Assembly (NCBI GenBank): GCA_045617585.1
Contig: JAZLIW010000015.1
Span: forward strand, 689-64,688
Direction of reading: 5' to 3'
DNA: 64,000 bases
Origin: Eubacteriales bacterium
GTDB lineage: Bacteria; Bacillota; Clostridia; Oscillospirales; CAG-272
How positions within the stretch are numbered: the stretch's first letter is position 1; the number at the start of each line of letters is the position of its first letter. The notes under the pieces were generated by a model. The model worked only from the letters and a program-made list of their open reading frames with translations. It was not told the origin of the DNA and did no database searches. Made by a program: the position numbers and the translations under genes. Positions 63,255 to 64,000 of the stretch are shown piece after piece.

Positions 63255-64000
63255 ATGAAAGAAAAAAGACTGCCGTTTTTCCGCAGCGGCACGCACTTTT
63301 CCGACTTCCGTGATCTCGTCATGACGGTCACCGACCGTCACGGGAAAAAGACGGCTTTTTCCTTCCTTTGCGGAGAAGAGCGGAAGGAGATCACCTACCG
63401 TGCGCTCGGCGAACGCGTCCGCGCCGTCGGTGACCGTCTGCTCGGCATGAGACTTGCCGGGAAAAAGCTCGCGCTGATCGGCGCCCTCTCCTGCGATTGG
63501 ATCTGCGTTTACCTCGCCTGCCTCTCGACCGGGATCCTTCTCGTTCCGCTCGACCCCGAATGGAGCGCGGAGGAACTGAACGCCGTTCTCCAGGATGCGG
63601 ACTGCGCGGCGGTGCTGTACGACGGGAAGCTGGAGGACCGGATCGGGCCCTGTCCGCTGCGTCTCCCGCTCTCCGGGTTGGAAGCGCGTCCGGCGGAGCC
63701 GCGTCTCCTGACCGCCCCCGATTTCGGCACCGCGGTCACCGACCCCGACGCGCCCGCACTCCTCGTTTTCACTTCCGGGACCGCCGGAGAAGCAAAAGGC
63801 GTCTTTTTATCTCAAAACAATCTTCTCTCCAACCTCGAGGGCGCGCTTCAGCTCGTCCATCCGGGAAAGAAAACGGTCGCCTCACTTCCGCCGCATCTTC
63901 CCTTCGGCTCGCTCTCCCTGCTCGTTCCGCTCTGCTGCGGCGCGGAGATCTATCTTTCCGCCGGTCTGCGCAGCTTCCGCGGTGAACTGAAGGCGGAGCG
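63255..64000 (+). CDS. AMP-dependent synthetase/ligase (long-chain acyl-CoA synthetase-like), 3' end outside the window
   Basis: An open frame from the ATG at 63255 (SD AAAGGAG) to the window edge. It is missing from the ORF track because it has no stop in the window. AMP-binding motif LLVFTSGTAGEAKGV. Confidence 0.85.
   Translation, partial: MKEKRLPFFRSGTHFSDFRDLVMTVTDRHGKKTAFSFLCGEERKEITYRALGERVRAVGDRLLGMRLAGKKLALIGALSCDWICVYLACLSTGILLVPLDPEWSAEELNAVLQDADCAAVLYDGKLEDRIGPCPLRLPLSGLEARPAEPRLLTAPDFGTAVTDPDAPALLVFTSGTAGEAKGVFLSQNNLLSNLEGALQLVHPGKKTVASLPPHLPFGSLSLLVPLCCGAEIYLSAGLRSFRGELKAE

Noticed and set aside
63497-63985. A 162-aa plus-strand ORF near the window end.
   Set aside because: It is in a different frame from the open reading frame starting at 63255, which carries the AMP-binding motif LVFTSGTAGEAKG. 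Its R/P/S-rich composition is typical of an off-frame artefact.

Overview
The window is GC-rich with strong GC3 codon bias. It looks like the chromosome of a spore-forming Clostridia-class Firmicute (Oscillospiraceae/Ruminococcaceae-like). That placement is inferred from gene content: spoIIGA-sigE, spoIIE, abrB, and the SRP RNA-dnaX-ybaB-recR order. Genes sit in four strand blocks: about 0.1-14.7 kb minus, 14.8-32.9 kb plus, 32.5-50.3 kb minus, and 50.5-64 kb plus. Most of the content is housekeeping: dnaX, ybaB, recR, ftsK, mnmE, recA, recX, mnmA, rnj, recG, proS, mltG, tmk and guaB. There is one tRNA(CAU) and one SRP RNA. Two regions look more accessory and carbohydrate-related. The first (0.1-7.8 kb) holds an ADP-ribosylglycohydrolase, a DmpA-like peptidase, a Cthe_2159-like beta-helix lipoprotein and a GH31. 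The second (48.8-60.5 kb) holds an orphan solute-binding lipoprotein, an archaeal-like G3P-dehydrogenase homolog, three further lipoproteins, two beta-helix proteins and a GH127-like enzyme. I found no CRISPR array, transposase, integrase, phage gene, reverse transcriptase or recognisable defence system. I cannot honestly point to a clear novel multi-gene system. These observations deserve a second look:
- An oppositely oriented GTGAAAT/ATTTCAC heptamer-plus-hairpin array between the tRNA and the GH31 promoter.
- An RNase J gene whose conserved C-terminus lacks a stop codon, so it reads through a bidirectional terminator into the antisense of a decayed glycosidase gene.
- A multi-hairpin leader with mutually exclusive pairings upstream of a large tandem beta-helix lipoprotein.
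- The lipoprotein-rich glycan locus itself.
- Matching Spo0A-box/21-nt-spacer promoter geometry at spoIIE and spoIIGA.
The many very long antisense ORFs in the track are treated as GC3 artefacts. All calls come from reading the sequence and from remembered family motifs. No database search was run.
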